A stretch of DNA of 64,000 nucleotides from positions 3,104,001-3,168,000 of the forward strand of contig OY969585.1 in the NCBI GenBank assembly GCA_963701295.1, read 5' to 3'. The position numbers and the translations under genes are program-made. This document shows, one piece after another, positions 19,163 through 29,996 of this stretch. Position 1 is the first letter of the stretch. Each line of letters starts with the position of its first letter. The DNA is from Ignavibacteriota bacterium (GTDB taxonomy: Bacteria > Bacteroidota > Ignavibacteria > UBA10030). Below the pieces are notes generated by a model. The model did no database searches. It was given only the letters and a program-made list of their open reading frames with translations, and had not been told where the DNA came from.

Positions 19163-20788
19163 ATGGAAATTCTTGGGTTTATCGATTGGGTTGTTGTAGG
19201 CCTCTATTTTCTTCTCATCGGCGGCATTTCAGTATGGTCGATCAGACGAAAGAAAGACTCCCCCACTGACTACTTCTTAGCTAATCGCAATCTTGGTTGG
19301 TTTGTCATTGGAGCTTCTATTCTTGCATCCAATGTCGGTTCGGAACATATTGTCGGCCTCGCCGGTACCGGCGCTAAATCTGGTTTGGTTATGGGACATT
19401 ACGAACTCCATTCATGGATTGTTCTTATGCTCGGATGGGTGTTCGTGCCATTCTATATGCGCAGTCAAGTATTTACTATGCCGGAATTCTTGGAACGTAG
19501 ATACAATGAAAAAACACGCTGGCTGCTCTCTATTGTACAAATGCTGAGTTATGTGATTGCGAAGGTTTCTGTGACAATCTTCGCGGGCGCCGTTGTATTC
19601 GAATCTTTTTTGGGAGTAGATTTTTGGACGGGTGCCATAGTTCTCATTGTCATTACTGGAATTTATACGATCTTTGGCGGACTTCATGCAGTAATGTACA
19701 CAGAAGCCCTGCAGGCAATTATTCTTTTGGGCGGTTCCATCATTCTGACCATATCCGGCCTTATTCAAGTTGGCGGATGGAACAGTCTTGTGCACTCAGT
19801 AACATCTGATCACCTAAATATGTTCCGCCCATTATCGGATCCGGATTTTCCATGGCTTGGAATTCTCTTTGCTTCTCCCATCGTTGGTATCTGGTATTGG
19901 TGTACAGACCAGCATATTGTGCAACGGTGCCTTGCCGGGCGCGATGAACAACAAGCACGGAGAGGAACAATTTTTGCTGCATATTTAAAACTCCTTCCTT
20001 TTTTTATATTTATGATTCCTGGATTGATAGCATATGCATTAGTAAACAGCGGCAAAATTCAGCTTGCAGATTCCAACCAGGCATTTCCTACGTTGGTAAA
20101 GGCTTTACTACCCGTAGGAGTGCGCGGCATTCTTGCAGGTGGTATTCTTGCAGCACTTATGAGCTCTCTCGCTTCAGTATATAATGCTTGCTCAACATTG
20201 TTCACATTGGATATTTATAAAAAAATTAAACCACAGACCACTGATAAAGAATTAGTCAAAGTAGGACGTATAACCACTGCTGTTGTCGTCGTTTTGGGAA
20301 TGGTATGGATTCCGATGATGAAAGGAATTTCCCCCGTTCTCTATCAATATCTGCAGAGTGTTCAATCATATCTTGCTCCGCCCATCGCATCCGTTTTTCT
20401 GCTCGGCGTGTTTTTCAAACGGATCAACGGTACGGGCGCTTTAACAACGATGATTGTCGGATTCATCATCGGCCTTCTTCGTATCTTTCTTGAACTCATC
20501 AAGAGTCACCTTAGTGGCTTCCTCTATGCATTTGCAACTATTAACTTTCTTTATTTCTGTATTCTCCTTTTCGTTTTTTCTGTGTGTCTCTTAATCGTCG
20601 TAAGTCTTCTCACCGCCAAACCGTCTGAGATACAATTGAACGGACTAACGTATGCAACAACAGTTGCAGCAGACAAGACAAAATCTCGCGCTAGCTGGAA
20701 TATGACGGATCTTGTTCTCTCATTGATTATTCTCGTCTTCATCGTGGCTGTGTTTATTTATTTCTCGCCTTTTGGCATAGTTGGGTAA
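19163..20788 (+). CDS. Sodium:solute symporter (SSS family), probable xylose/sugar transporter
   Basis: YFLANRNLGW, ASNVGSEH, WYWCTDQHIVQRCLA motifs; many TM helices. Confidence 0.9.
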   Translation: MEILGFIDWVVVGLYFLLIGGISVWSIRRKKDSPTDYFLANRNLGWFVIGASILASNVGSEHIVGLAGTGAKSGLVMGHYELHSWIVLMLGWVFVPFYMRSQVFTMPEFLERRYNEKTRWLLSIVQMLSYVIAKVSVTIFAGAVVFESFLGVDFWTGAIVLIVITGIYTIFGGLHAVMYTEALQAIILLGGSIILTISGLIQVGGWNSLVHSVTSDHLNMFRPLSDPDFPWLGILFASPIVGIWYWCTDQHIVQRCLAGRDEQQARRGTIFAAYLKLLPFFIFMIPGLIAYALVNSGKIQLADSNQAFPTLVKALLPVGVRGILAGGILAALMSSLASVYNACSTLFTLDIYKKIKPQTTDKELVKVGRITTAVVVVLGMVWIPMMKGISPVLYQYLQSVQSYLAPPIASVFLLGVFFKRINGTGALTTMIVGFIIGLLRIFLELIKSHLSGFLYAFATINFLYFCILLFVFSVCLLIVVSLLTAKPSEIQLNGLTYATTVAADKTKSRASWNMTDLVLSLIILVFIVAVFIYFSPFGIVG

Positions 20789-20812
20789 TTGTGGATTGTT
20801 TTTTTCTATGTA

Positions 20813-20854
20813 ATATCTGACCGAAGTTGGTTCAACTTCGGTCAGATATATTTT
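20813..20854 (+). terminator. Strong hairpin / terminator after the SSS gene
   Basis: 17-bp perfect stem ATATCTGACCGAAGTTG / CAACTTCGGTCAGATAT followed by ATTTT. Confidence 0.75.
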
Positions 20855-20875
20855 ATTCATTAACTTCATGATATC

Positions 20876-23692
20876 ATGAAAAATAAAATCGTTTTATTTA
20901 CTTGTAGCTTTTTATTCCTTGTTAGCGTCCAAACCTCTTTCAGTTCTTTCACTATGAAGCGTATTCCTAACGGTATTCAGATAGAATTCGGTGATCAACA
21001 TGTGAAAGCACAGTTTTACGCTAGCACTATCGTTCGAATTACTAAATGGCTTCCTGAGACGACACCTGATTCATCAAGTTTGATAGTCATTCTAAAAACA
21101 TTGCCAGATATTCATCTTCAGACCAAAGAGAATGATACTACTATCAGCATAGGTTCAGAGAAATTACACATTATCATTTCAAAGACAGATGGTACCATCG
21201 TATTCCAGTCTCAAGATGATAAGACAATTCTCAAGGAGAACAGAAAGGCAATCATTACTCCCGCCATCATAAAGAATGAACGGGCATACAGTATCAAACA
21301 ACAATTTGAATTGACACCTGATGAAGGCATCTATGGTTTAGGTCAGCATCAATATGGTTATATGAACTACCGCGGACGCACAGTCAAACTTGTACAATCC
21401 AACACCGATGCGGTGAGTCCATTTCTTGTGTCTACCATGAATTATGGAATTTTGTGGGACAATTATTCAAAAACAATTTTCACTGATAACAAACAAGAAA
21501 CTTCACTTTGGTCTGATGTCGCCAGCAGCCTAGATTATTATTTCATTTATGATAATACCATGGATAGCGTCATTGCCGGCTACAGAAATCTTACCGGCCA
21601 AGCTCCGATGTACGGCAAATGGGCATATGGATATTGGCAAAGCAAAGAGCATTATGATAACCGGGATGAATTGTTAAGCGTTATCTATGATTATCGCAAA
21701 CGACAAATTCCCATCGATAATATCATTCAAGATTGGGATTACTGGGATGGTGCAGCAAATTGGGGACAATTATTTTTCGATGAAAAGAGATACCCCAATC
21801 CGAAAGAGATGATTGATATAATTCATAAACAAAATTTTCACATTATGATTTCTGTCTGGCCCGGGTTAGGTCCAAACACACAGGTGTATAAAGACATGCA
21901 GCAAAGGGGTTTTCTTTATCGTCCTGTCGGTTGGGCGGGTTTTAGATATTACGATGCATACAATCCTGCAGCAAATGATTTATATTGGCAGTCCGCAGAA
22001 AAAGGATTATTCTCGAAAGGGATTGATGCATGGTGGTTTGATTCAACCGAACCAGACGTCATCAATGCTTTGACCAAAGAATCTACTGAGTACGAATTGA
22101 AACGAATGGATAATAATTATTTGGGATCTTTTGCCCGGTATCTTAACCCATATTCCCTTCGCATCACAGAAGACACATATAAAAATCAACGCAAAGTTAC
22201 CGATCAAAAACGGGTCTATATTCTCACGCGCTCAACTTTTGCCGGTCAACAACGAGCTGCCGCAACTACATGGTCAGGCGATATTGGAGCAAATTGGAAT
22301 GTATATAAGAATCAAATATCAGCAGGTTTGAATCATTGCATGTCAGGTATTCCCTACTGGACATTTGACATCGGTGCATTTGTTATCGGCAGTTATGAAG
22401 GTGTTTTCTCCAATGGCGGAAAAGATCCGGCTTATCAGGAATTGTATACTCGGATGTTCCAGTTCGGCACCTTTTGCCCAATATTCCGATCTCACGGTTC
22501 TGAGACACCTCGTGAGATATGGCAATTCGGAGATTTTACTCCAACGCTGATAAAATTCGACAATCTTCGATACCGCTTGCTGCCCTATATTTATTCGCTG
22601 GCACATCAAGTAACAGAGAACGGATATACCATCATGCGCGGCCTGCCGATGGACTTTGGCAAAGATAAAAAAACATTTTCTATAGACGATCAATTCATGT
22701 TTGGCCCGGCGATGATGGTGTGCCCTGTTACCGAATACATGCTTCATCGCCCCCCCGAGCAGAGTATTCCGATAACAGCTGAACATTTTCGAACGAAGGA
22801 GGGAAAAATTGGTTTGAATGCAAAATATTACAAGGACACACAGTACAAGAATCTGACGCTCGAAAAAGTTGACTCCACTATCAACATTTTCTGGTATAGC
22901 GGACGTCCTGACTATGTTACCGATTCGACTTTATCCATTCGGTGGGAAGGAAAATTAGTACCGACTCAAACAGGAAAGCATCAATTCCATATCAAATGCT
23001 TCGGACCCAAACGAATCTTCCTCGATGGAAAACAACTCCCCTTCATTTATCAAAGTGTTGAAGTGTATACTGACTTTGTAGAGTTAGAAGCCGGAAAAGA
23101 ATATAGTTTTGCATTGGAGACTGAGAATTATTCCAGCGGCGCATTGCGAGTTTTACTCTACTGGAAAACTCCGGAGATTTTCGCAAAAGAAAAGACTATC
23201 GAGGAAAGACAACAAACACGAAATGTCTATTTACCTTCCGATCATCGATGGTACGATTTCTGGACAGGGGATACTTTGATGGGTGGTCAAACTATTACTT
23301 CTGCCGCACCGATAGATAAAATACCTCTGTTTGTAAAAGCAGGTTCGATCATTCCGATGGGACCGTTCGTTCAGTATGCCTCTGAAAAACCGGCCGATCC
23401 AATTGAGCTGCGTGTTTACCCCGGTGCAGACGGCAACTTCACTCTGTACGAAGACGAAAACGATAATTACAATTATGAAAAGGGCGCATATTCCATTATT
23501 CTCTTTTCATGGAACGAAAAAACAAAAACTCTCACGATCGGCGCGCAGAAAGGTAAATATCCCGGAATGATCGCGAAGAGAAAATTTACGATTGTGTTCG
23601 TTGAGGAAAATCACGGTGCAGGACTGGAAATAGAGAAACAGTCACTCAAAGAAGTTATATATACTGGTCATCCAGTTCGGATAAAGGAATAA
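20876..23692 (+). CDS. GH31 alpha-xylosidase-like glycosidase with PA14 domain inserted C-terminal to the catalytic barrel
   Basis: WWFDSTEP nucleophile, TWSGDI, PYWTFDIG, FRSHG; PA14-like GLNAKYY...SIRWEGKL; C-terminal LYEDENDNYNYEKG. Confidence 0.9.
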   Translation: MKNKIVLFTCSFLFLVSVQTSFSSFTMKRIPNGIQIEFGDQHVKAQFYASTIVRITKWLPETTPDSSSLIVILKTLPDIHLQTKENDTTISIGSEKLHIIISKTDGTIVFQSQDDKTILKENRKAIITPAIIKNERAYSIKQQFELTPDEGIYGLGQHQYGYMNYRGRTVKLVQSNTDAVSPFLVSTMNYGILWDNYSKTIFTDNKQETSLWSDVASSLDYYFIYDNTMDSVIAGYRNLTGQAPMYGKWAYGYWQSKEHYDNRDELLSVIYDYRKRQIPIDNIIQDWDYWDGAANWGQLFFDEKRYPNPKEMIDIIHKQNFHIMISVWPGLGPNTQVYKDMQQRGFLYRPVGWAGFRYYDAYNPAANDLYWQSAEKGLFSKGIDAWWFDSTEPDVINALTKESTEYELKRMDNNYLGSFARYLNPYSLRITEDTYKNQRKVTDQKRVYILTRSTFAGQQRAAATTWSGDIGANWNVYKNQISAGLNHCMSGIPYWTFDIGAFVIGSYEGVFSNGGKDPAYQELYTRMFQFGTFCPIFRSHGSETPREIWQFGDFTPTLIKFDNLRYRLLPYIYSLAHQVTENGYTIMRGLPMDFGKDKKTFSIDDQFMFGPAMMVCPVTEYMLHRPPEQSIPITAEHFRTKEGKIGLNAKYYKDTQYKNLTLEKVDSTINIFWYSGRPDYVTDSTLSIRWEGKLVPTQTGKHQFHIKCFGPKRIFLDGKQLPFIYQSVEVYTDFVELEAGKEYSFALETENYSSGALRVLLYWKTPEIFAKEKTIEERQQTRNVYLPSDHRWYDFWTGDTLMGGQTITSAAPIDKIPLFVKAGSIIPMGPFVQYASEKPADPIELRVYPGADGNFTLYEDENDNYNYEKGAYSIILFSWNEKTKTLTIGAQKGKYPGMIAKRKFTIVFVEENHGAGLEIEKQSLKEVIYTGHPVRIKE

Positions 23693-23910
23693 AATATTTT
23701 GTAGTAAATTGCAGTGTATTGATTTATATTTTCTTATTCTTGTTTGTTATACTGCGGTACTATAGGAAACCATAAATCAATGCAAAAGTAGATAAATTTC
23801 TGGAAGCGATTAAAAAATATTCAAGTTGTAACATTTCAAAGTCATTTTGTCGAAGTGAAGAGACACTAAATGCAATGGCATCCCGCGAACAGTGAGAACT
23901 CAAACTTAAA

Positions 23911-26900
23911 ATGAAAAAAATAGCTTTAATTGTGGCATGCACCGTCTTTGTCGGGTTACAGATGCAAGCACAAATAAGGAATTATTCGAAAGCAAAAGAT
24001 GGTGTTGTTTTTGAAACCCACGAAGGAAAACTGAAGCTGAGGGTGGTTTCGAACGCCATCGTGCAGGTGATTGCATTACCGACAAAAGAACTTCCGCAGA
24101 GAAAAAGTTTATCGGAAGTGGACAACCTCAAACCGACAGGCAAATATTCCCTCAAGGAATCGGCAAACGAATATACGATGAAGACTTCGAAAATGATCAT
24201 AAAGATCGACAAAGCCGATGGAAGGATAAAATTTTTCGATTTGAACGGCAATCTTCTCCTGGGCGAACAGCAAAAAGGAAGGACATTCGTGAAATCGGAC
24301 TCTCCTGGCGATACAGCGTGGATTGTGGAACAAAAGTTCTCATCACCGGAGGATGAAGCGATCTTTGGCCTCGGTCAATATCAGTTCGATGTGATGAACT
24401 GGAAGAACGGACACATGAGAATGAAACAGCAGAACACAGCCATCGCGAGTCCGGTTATCGTCTCCAACAAAGGATACGGTTTATTCTGGGATAACTATTC
24501 TTACACAGAGTTCAATCCCGAGACCGAGAAAATCCAATTGCAGAGTATCGACGATAATAATCTCGGTGCTGAATTTGTTCCAAAAACTTCCGGAATGTAT
24601 ACATTTGTTCTCGACCGCCCTGGTTCCTCGCCAATTGAGATGACGTTAGATGGGAAAAAAGTTTTTAGTCTTGTTGCCGGCGTCGGCTACTCTCCCTCTA
24701 TTATAAAAGCAGACCTTCAAGCCGGAAAATCATATACCTTTAATATAAAAAATCTTGCAAAAAAAATTAATCCTGTAATCTCTTTTCATTTTTTAATTCC
24801 AGCCGGAGGAAAACCCGGAGAGCTTGGATTGAAGGGGGAATATTTTCCGAACATGAAACTAGAAGGCAAACCATCGTTCGTGAGAGTCGATTCAGTCATC
24901 GATTTTGATTGGGGGAACGGCTCGCCGAAAAAAGATTTCAAGACAGTCGAGTACTCCGTCCGATGGACCGGCAAACTAATAGCTCCCGCAACGATCAAAG
25001 GTGTTTCGATCGATGTGACGACCGATGATGGCGCACGGCTTTTCATCGATGAGAAAAAAGTTATCGATGACTGGAGAGACCGTTCGCCTGAAACTGACAG
25101 CTACACCATGGATCTCGATTCGGGAAAAGTGTATGCCATTAAAATCGAGTATTATCAAAACGCCGGCGGTGCTTCAGCGCGATTTTCATGGACTGGCGAG
25201 TCATCGAAAACAGATAATCATTTTTTGAATCAAATTGCTCTCTCCTGCCGAACGCCAGAGATGGCCGGACAGATGTCGTTCAAATCGCAAATTGCAGATG
25301 CAATCGATTATTATTTTATCTATGGTCCCGAAGCGGATCAGATCGTTTCCGGAATTAGAAAGATTACTGGGACAGCTCCTCTCTATCCGAAATGGGCGTA
25401 TGGATTGTTCATGAGTCAATATGGCTGGAAAACTCAAGAAAAAATTGAGAGTATCATCGATGGTTATCGTCAGAGAAGAATTCCACTCAATGTTGTGGTG
25501 CAGGATGCCGAGTATTGGCCTCTCTATCCTGACAATTTATGGGGCTCACATTTTTTCGATTCAACCCGTTACGCAAATCCAAAGGCGATGGTGGATCATA
25601 TCCATCAGATGAATGCGCATACAATCGTCTCCGTCTGGCCGCGGATCAACCGTGGAGTCGATGTCTACGATATCATGAACGCGAAAGGCTTTCTCCTCGG
25701 CCTCCAGGAGACAAAAGACAAATCGAACGAGGGTGTCGCCCTTCAGAATGAAGCCTCGAACTCAGCATACGATCCATTCAATCCGTCAGCCAGAAAACTC
25801 TTCTGGAGCTTCATGAACGAACGACTCTTCAAACTCGGATTCGATGGCTGGTGGATGGACGCCTCTGAGCCTGAGTGGGGATATGATTTCTCAAGAGCAC
25901 ATACTGCAATGGGAACCGGCAACCGATATCTGAATGCTTACCCGTTTATGTCGAAGAAAGGTGTTTACGAGGGACAACTCTCGACCGGAAGCGCAAAGCG
26001 TCCGTATATTTTGACTCGCTCTTCCTTTGTCGGTCAGCAGCGCTACGCAGCGACAACATGGAACGGTGATGTGAGTCCAGATTGGGACACCTACCGCAAA
26101 GAAATTCCAGCCGGATTAAATTATTGCATAACAGGTTTGCCATACTGGACGGTTGACATTGGCGGTTTCGTCCCTTATAAATTTGCCGATTCACCCGAGT
26201 ATCCCGAATTACTTGTACGATGGTATCAGTACGGAACGTTTCTACCCATCCTTCGGGTCCATGGTTGCAGGAAAACCGAATTCTGGAATTATGACAGTAA
26301 CACTGTAGAACTCCTGACGAAATACACAAACCTGCGTTACCGATTGATGCCGTATATTTATACTCTGGGTGCAAAAGTGACGTTCAACGATTTTACAATC
26401 TACCGCCCTCTGATAATGGATTTTAGGAATGATGCGAATGTGTACGACATCAAGGATCAGTTTATGTTTGCAAATGAATTTTTAGTCTCGCCCGTTGTCG
26501 AACAAAACGCGCACTCTAGAAAAGTGTATCTGCCGAAAACTACAGGTAGCTGGATAGACTTTTGGACCGGTAAGAGATATCAAGCGGGCCAGACAATCGA
26601 GGCCGCCGCACCTCTCGAAACAATTCCTTTATTTGTGAAAGCCGGATCAATCGTTCCGATGGGACCATTCATTCAATACGCCGAAGAAAAAACTAACGGT
26701 GATATTGAATTACGGGTTTACACCGGGTCCGATGGTTCATTTTCCTTATACGAAGATGAAAATGATAATTTCAATTATGAAAAAGGCGTCTTCTCCACTA
26801 TCTCTTTTTCCTGGAACGATGCAAAACGACAGCTGACTATTGGCAAGCGGCAAGGATCATTTCCGGGGATGTTGGAAAAACGCAATTTTCAGATTGTCCT

Positions 26901-26994
26901 TGTAGGAAAAGATAAAGGCAACGGGATAGAATTGACTGAGAAACCTAACAAGGTCATTCCATATTATGGTGAAGAACAAATTGTACAATTTTAA
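23911..26994 (+). CDS. GH31 alpha-xylosidase-like glycosidase with N-terminal PA14 domain
   Basis: WWMDASEP, TWNGDV, PYWTVDIGG, LRVHG; PA14 GLKGEYF...IDFDWG...SVRWTGKL...DDGARLFID. Confidence 0.9.
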   Translation: MKKIALIVACTVFVGLQMQAQIRNYSKAKDGVVFETHEGKLKLRVVSNAIVQVIALPTKELPQRKSLSEVDNLKPTGKYSLKESANEYTMKTSKMIIKIDKADGRIKFFDLNGNLLLGEQQKGRTFVKSDSPGDTAWIVEQKFSSPEDEAIFGLGQYQFDVMNWKNGHMRMKQQNTAIASPVIVSNKGYGLFWDNYSYTEFNPETEKIQLQSIDDNNLGAEFVPKTSGMYTFVLDRPGSSPIEMTLDGKKVFSLVAGVGYSPSIIKADLQAGKSYTFNIKNLAKKINPVISFHFLIPAGGKPGELGLKGEYFPNMKLEGKPSFVRVDSVIDFDWGNGSPKKDFKTVEYSVRWTGKLIAPATIKGVSIDVTTDDGARLFIDEKKVIDDWRDRSPETDSYTMDLDSGKVYAIKIEYYQNAGGASARFSWTGESSKTDNHFLNQIALSCRTPEMAGQMSFKSQIADAIDYYFIYGPEADQIVSGIRKITGTAPLYPKWAYGLFMSQYGWKTQEKIESIIDGYRQRRIPLNVVVQDAEYWPLYPDNLWGSHFFDSTRYANPKAMVDHIHQMNAHTIVSVWPRINRGVDVYDIMNAKGFLLGLQETKDKSNEGVALQNEASNSAYDPFNPSARKLFWSFMNERLFKLGFDGWWMDASEPEWGYDFSRAHTAMGTGNRYLNAYPFMSKKGVYEGQLSTGSAKRPYILTRSSFVGQQRYAATTWNGDVSPDWDTYRKEIPAGLNYCITGLPYWTVDIGGFVPYKFADSPEYPELLVRWYQYGTFLPILRVHGCRKTEFWNYDSNTVELLTKYTNLRYRLMPYIYTLGAKVTFNDFTIYRPLIMDFRNDANVYDIKDQFMFANEFLVSPVVEQNAHSRKVYLPKTTGSWIDFWTGKRYQAGQTIEAAAPLETIPLFVKAGSIVPMGPFIQYAEEKTNGDIELRVYTGSDGSFSLYEDENDNFNYEKGVFSTISFSWNDAKRQLTIGKRQGSFPGMLEKRNFQIVLVGKDKGNGIELTEKPNKVIPYYGEEQIVQF

Positions 26995-27021
26995 GAATTG
27001 TATTCAATTTTTGATAATTCT

Positions 27022-27056
27022 AAGACGATCCGGGGCTTTCCCCGTTTCGTCTTTTT
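27022..27056 (+). terminator. Intrinsic terminator after GH31
   Basis: AAGACGA..CGGGG-CTTT-CCCCG..TCGTCTT followed by T run. Confidence 0.6.
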
Positions 27057-27121
27057 AGTTTTTAGCATCGACCATCATAAAAATGAAATTGAATAGTCCA
27101 ATAACCAAAAGGAAAGAACAT

Positions 27122-28828
27122 ATGATCAAGAAACTATTTTCTATCAGCATTTGTGTGATCATCGCTTTATCGATTGTGAACGGACAAAGCCCGGAAATTA
27201 CCGGCAAGTATGTTATTCCCGACGGCCCAGAATGGGCACAGCATGCAGTATTTTATCAGATTTATCCACAAACCTTTTACGATTCCAACGGCGACGGCAT
27301 TGGCGATTTGAACGGCATCATTCAAAAGTTGGACTACGTCAAAAGCCTTGGTATTGATGCAATATGGCTCAATCCATTTTTTGATTCGCCATTTAATGAT
27401 GCCGGGTACGACATTCGAGATTACTATAAAGTAGCGCCTCGATATGGAACCAATGAAGATGCAAAACGGCTATTTCAGGAAGCGCACAAGCGCGGTTTAA
27501 AAGTGATCTTCGATTATGTCATCACATACACAGCCATCGATCATCCATGGTTTATTGAATCGTGCAAACAGACACCCAATAAATATTCCAACTGGTATAT
27601 TTGGACAGATAATGTCTGGAAAATGGAAGAAGGTGAATTTGCCAATCGGTTTATTCAAGGCTATGGGCAGCGCAACGGTAATTTTATGCGGAATTTCTAC
27701 TGGTCGCAGCCTGCCCTGAATTTCGGTTTCGGAGTGCCTGATACGAATAAAAAATGGCAGCTACCAACAAACCATCCCGACGTTCTTGCTATGCGGGAGG
27801 AGTTGAAAAAGATCTTTTGCTACTGGATGGATATGGGAGCCGACGGCATACGCGCAGACATGGCCGGTGCATTGGTTAAAGGTAACGATGTAAATGGCGA
27901 TACGAAGAAATTCTGGGCAGAAATTCGTCAAATCGTTAAAGAAAAATATCCGCAAGCGTTTATGGTATCCGAATGGTCTTATCCGAAAGACGCGCTTGAT
28001 AATCGCTTCCACGCCGATTTCTTCCATTGGTTTGATGGCTACAACGATCTTATGCAAAAGGAAAGCTGGCGCATTCTGAACGGATACTCTGAAGGGCATA
28101 GTTTTTTTGATAAGGAAGGCAAAGGGAATATTGCTTATTTCCTATCGAAATATATGGAGCAATACAACGAAACAAAAGCCAAAGGATATATTCTCCTGCC
28201 GCTGGGGAACCATGATAATGCACGATTGAATGTACATCGGACTATTGATGAGCTTGAAATGATTATGGCTTTTGGAATAACCATGCCTGGTGTACCGTTC
28301 ATTTATTATGGAAACGAAATCGGCATGCGTGAACTGGCTGACATGCCGCAAATTGAAGGTGCCTATAAACCTCGTGCAGGCGCACGAACGCCCATGCAAT
28401 GGACGTTAGGTAAGAACCGAGGATTTTCCACTGCTGATTTCTCCAAACTCTATCTGCCTGTAGATACCAGCAACGATGCACCGAATGTTGAGACCGAACA
28501 AAAAGATCCTACTTCATTACTGAACCGCGTGAAGAAGCTGATACAATTAAAACACGATGAACCGGCACTAGCTGCATATGCCGAATTCATTCCACTCTAT
28601 GCAAAAGAGAATACATATCCATTTGTTTATTCCAGAGCAAACGGGAAAGATGTGATTTTAGTTATCCTTAATCCAGCTGAAAGGACGGTATCTGCTGAGT
28701 TCCAGATGAATATATCTTTTAAAAAGCTACAATTACTGGCTGGAAAAGAAATTAGAATTACTATGAAACATAGAACGCTTGTTTTAGATGTACCAGGGAC
28801 AACATATGCAGTGTACAGAGTAAAGTAA
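27122..28828 (+). CDS. GH13 alpha-amylase-family glycosidase (secreted)
   Basis: FYQIYPQTFYDSNGDGIGDLNG, GIRADMAG, VSEW, NHD catalytic motifs; likely start MIKKLFS at 27122. Confidence 0.9.
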   Translation: MIKKLFSISICVIIALSIVNGQSPEITGKYVIPDGPEWAQHAVFYQIYPQTFYDSNGDGIGDLNGIIQKLDYVKSLGIDAIWLNPFFDSPFNDAGYDIRDYYKVAPRYGTNEDAKRLFQEAHKRGLKVIFDYVITYTAIDHPWFIESCKQTPNKYSNWYIWTDNVWKMEEGEFANRFIQGYGQRNGNFMRNFYWSQPALNFGFGVPDTNKKWQLPTNHPDVLAMREELKKIFCYWMDMGADGIRADMAGALVKGNDVNGDTKKFWAEIRQIVKEKYPQAFMVSEWSYPKDALDNRFHADFFHWFDGYNDLMQKESWRILNGYSEGHSFFDKEGKGNIAYFLSKYMEQYNETKAKGYILLPLGNHDNARLNVHRTIDELEMIMAFGITMPGVPFIYYGNEIGMRELADMPQIEGAYKPRAGARTPMQWTLGKNRGFSTADFSKLYLPVDTSNDAPNVETEQKDPTSLLNRVKKLIQLKHDEPALAAYAEFIPLYAKENTYPFVYSRANGKDVILVILNPAERTVSAEFQMNISFKKLQLLAGKEIRITMKHRTLVLDVPGTTYAVYRVK

Positions 28829-29099
28829 GTTAACGAGGGCGATACAGTTTTGTGGATGTGTCGCTTCCTTCTGTGTTCTTGCTGTTATAAATCTTGAATG
28901 CAGAATCAACTATCTACATCGAATGATCTTAGCGTACTGTTAGCAGAAGAATCACGAAAGCAAATACATTTCCAATTCTAATTACAGGAAGATCGATGTC
29001 AAAGGAAAAGAGTACTAATCTTAAAAGGAATTTTTATGAAAGTGAACTATACATGATTCTAGTTAGAAGCCCCTCCAACATATTTCCCCATAGAACGAT

Positions 29100-29140
29100 A
29101 TAACCCAAAGGTTGCAGGTTCAAGTCCTGCCTCCGCTACT
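29100..29140 (+). tRNA. 3' fragment of tRNA-Met (initiator-like); probable att site of an integrated island
   Basis: ATAACCCAAAGGTTGCAGGTTCAAGTCCTGCCTCCGCTACT = anticodon-loop 3' side, T-arm (GCAGG-TTCAAGT-CCTGC) and acceptor 3' strand; 5' half absent. Confidence 0.75.
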
Positions 29141-29150
29141 AAGTCTAAAG

Positions 29151-29187
29151 AAGAATTCTCACTGATGGAAATTGGTGAGGATTTCTT
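29151..29187 (+). terminator. Hairpin immediately after the tRNA fragment
   Basis: AAGAATTCTCACTGAT-GGAA-ATTGGTGAGGATTTCTT imperfect stem with G-U pairs. Confidence 0.45.
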
Positions 29188-29408
29188 AATTTATGGGTGA
29201 AACTTTGATGTGCTGATCTATTTTTCTTGTCTTTTAACAGATGGTGCATAGTGTACCAATTGACACTTCCGATCATTTTTTTAATGCTCTTATATTCATA
29301 TTCGGCATTCACCTTCTATGATGGCTTTCAACAATCGAATAAATGTCATTTCTGGTTTTGAAAAATCATTCTTGAGTTGCGTAATAATTTGCATGCGAAA
29401 GTATCCTC

Positions 29409-29996
29409 TTATATCCGTTGTGCTTTATAAAAACCGAATCCAAAAAATGATGATATCTTGATGACTCTAAAGCAAGTGTTCGTTAGGCTTTTTGTCAGTT
29501 CCTGAAGCGAGAAGCGTCCATCCTTGGGATGATACCAATGTGGCCATAGACCATCAAACAATTCCAGCATCTTCCCAGCAGGCTCCTCCAAGTACATTTC
29601 TCCACCAGATCGAAGAACCCGATGGCACTCCGATAGAACAACACGCCATTCTGGCATATGATGCAATGCTCCAAAGATCACAATTAAATCCTTACTCGCA
29701 TCTTCGATGGATTGCATGTTTTCTGCATCTTCAATTCGAAATTCTGCATTTCGGATCCCTCTCTTTCGCGCTAATGCTATTTGTTCTTCCATCACATCGA
29801 TTCCGATATAACTTCGCGGTTTATCCCTCAGTATTAATATAGCCCCGTATCCTGAACCACATCCGATTTCTAAAACATCTTTTCCATTGAAACGAACACC
29901 CATGCGTTCTAAGCGTGGAAGCTCATAATGTTTTTGTAATAGCCTTCTGGGAAGACTATTCATCGCCTGAAATTCTTCTCTTGATAGTCGAGACAT
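29409..29996 (-). CDS. Class I SAM-dependent methyltransferase
   Basis: VLEIGCGSG motif I, LHH..W...L.E..RVLRSGG; likely start MSRLSREE at 29996. Confidence 0.85.
   Translation of the reverse strand: MSRLSREEFQAMNSLPRRLLQKHYELPRLERMGVRFNGKDVLEIGCGSGYGAILILRDKPRSYIGIDVMEEQIALARKRGIRNAEFRIEDAENMQSIEDASKDLIVIFGALHHMPEWRVVLSECHRVLRSGGEMYLEEPAGKMLELFDGLWPHWYHPKDGRFSLQELTKSLTNTCFRVIKISSFFGFGFYKAQRI

Noticed and set aside
852-28481. Many short ORFs antisense to or overlapping the large genes
   Set aside because: Shadow ORFs with no motifs, overlapping well-supported CDSs
29060-29140. Complete tRNA gene
   Set aside because: Upstream sequence cannot form the D-arm or the 5' acceptor strand; only the 3' part is present
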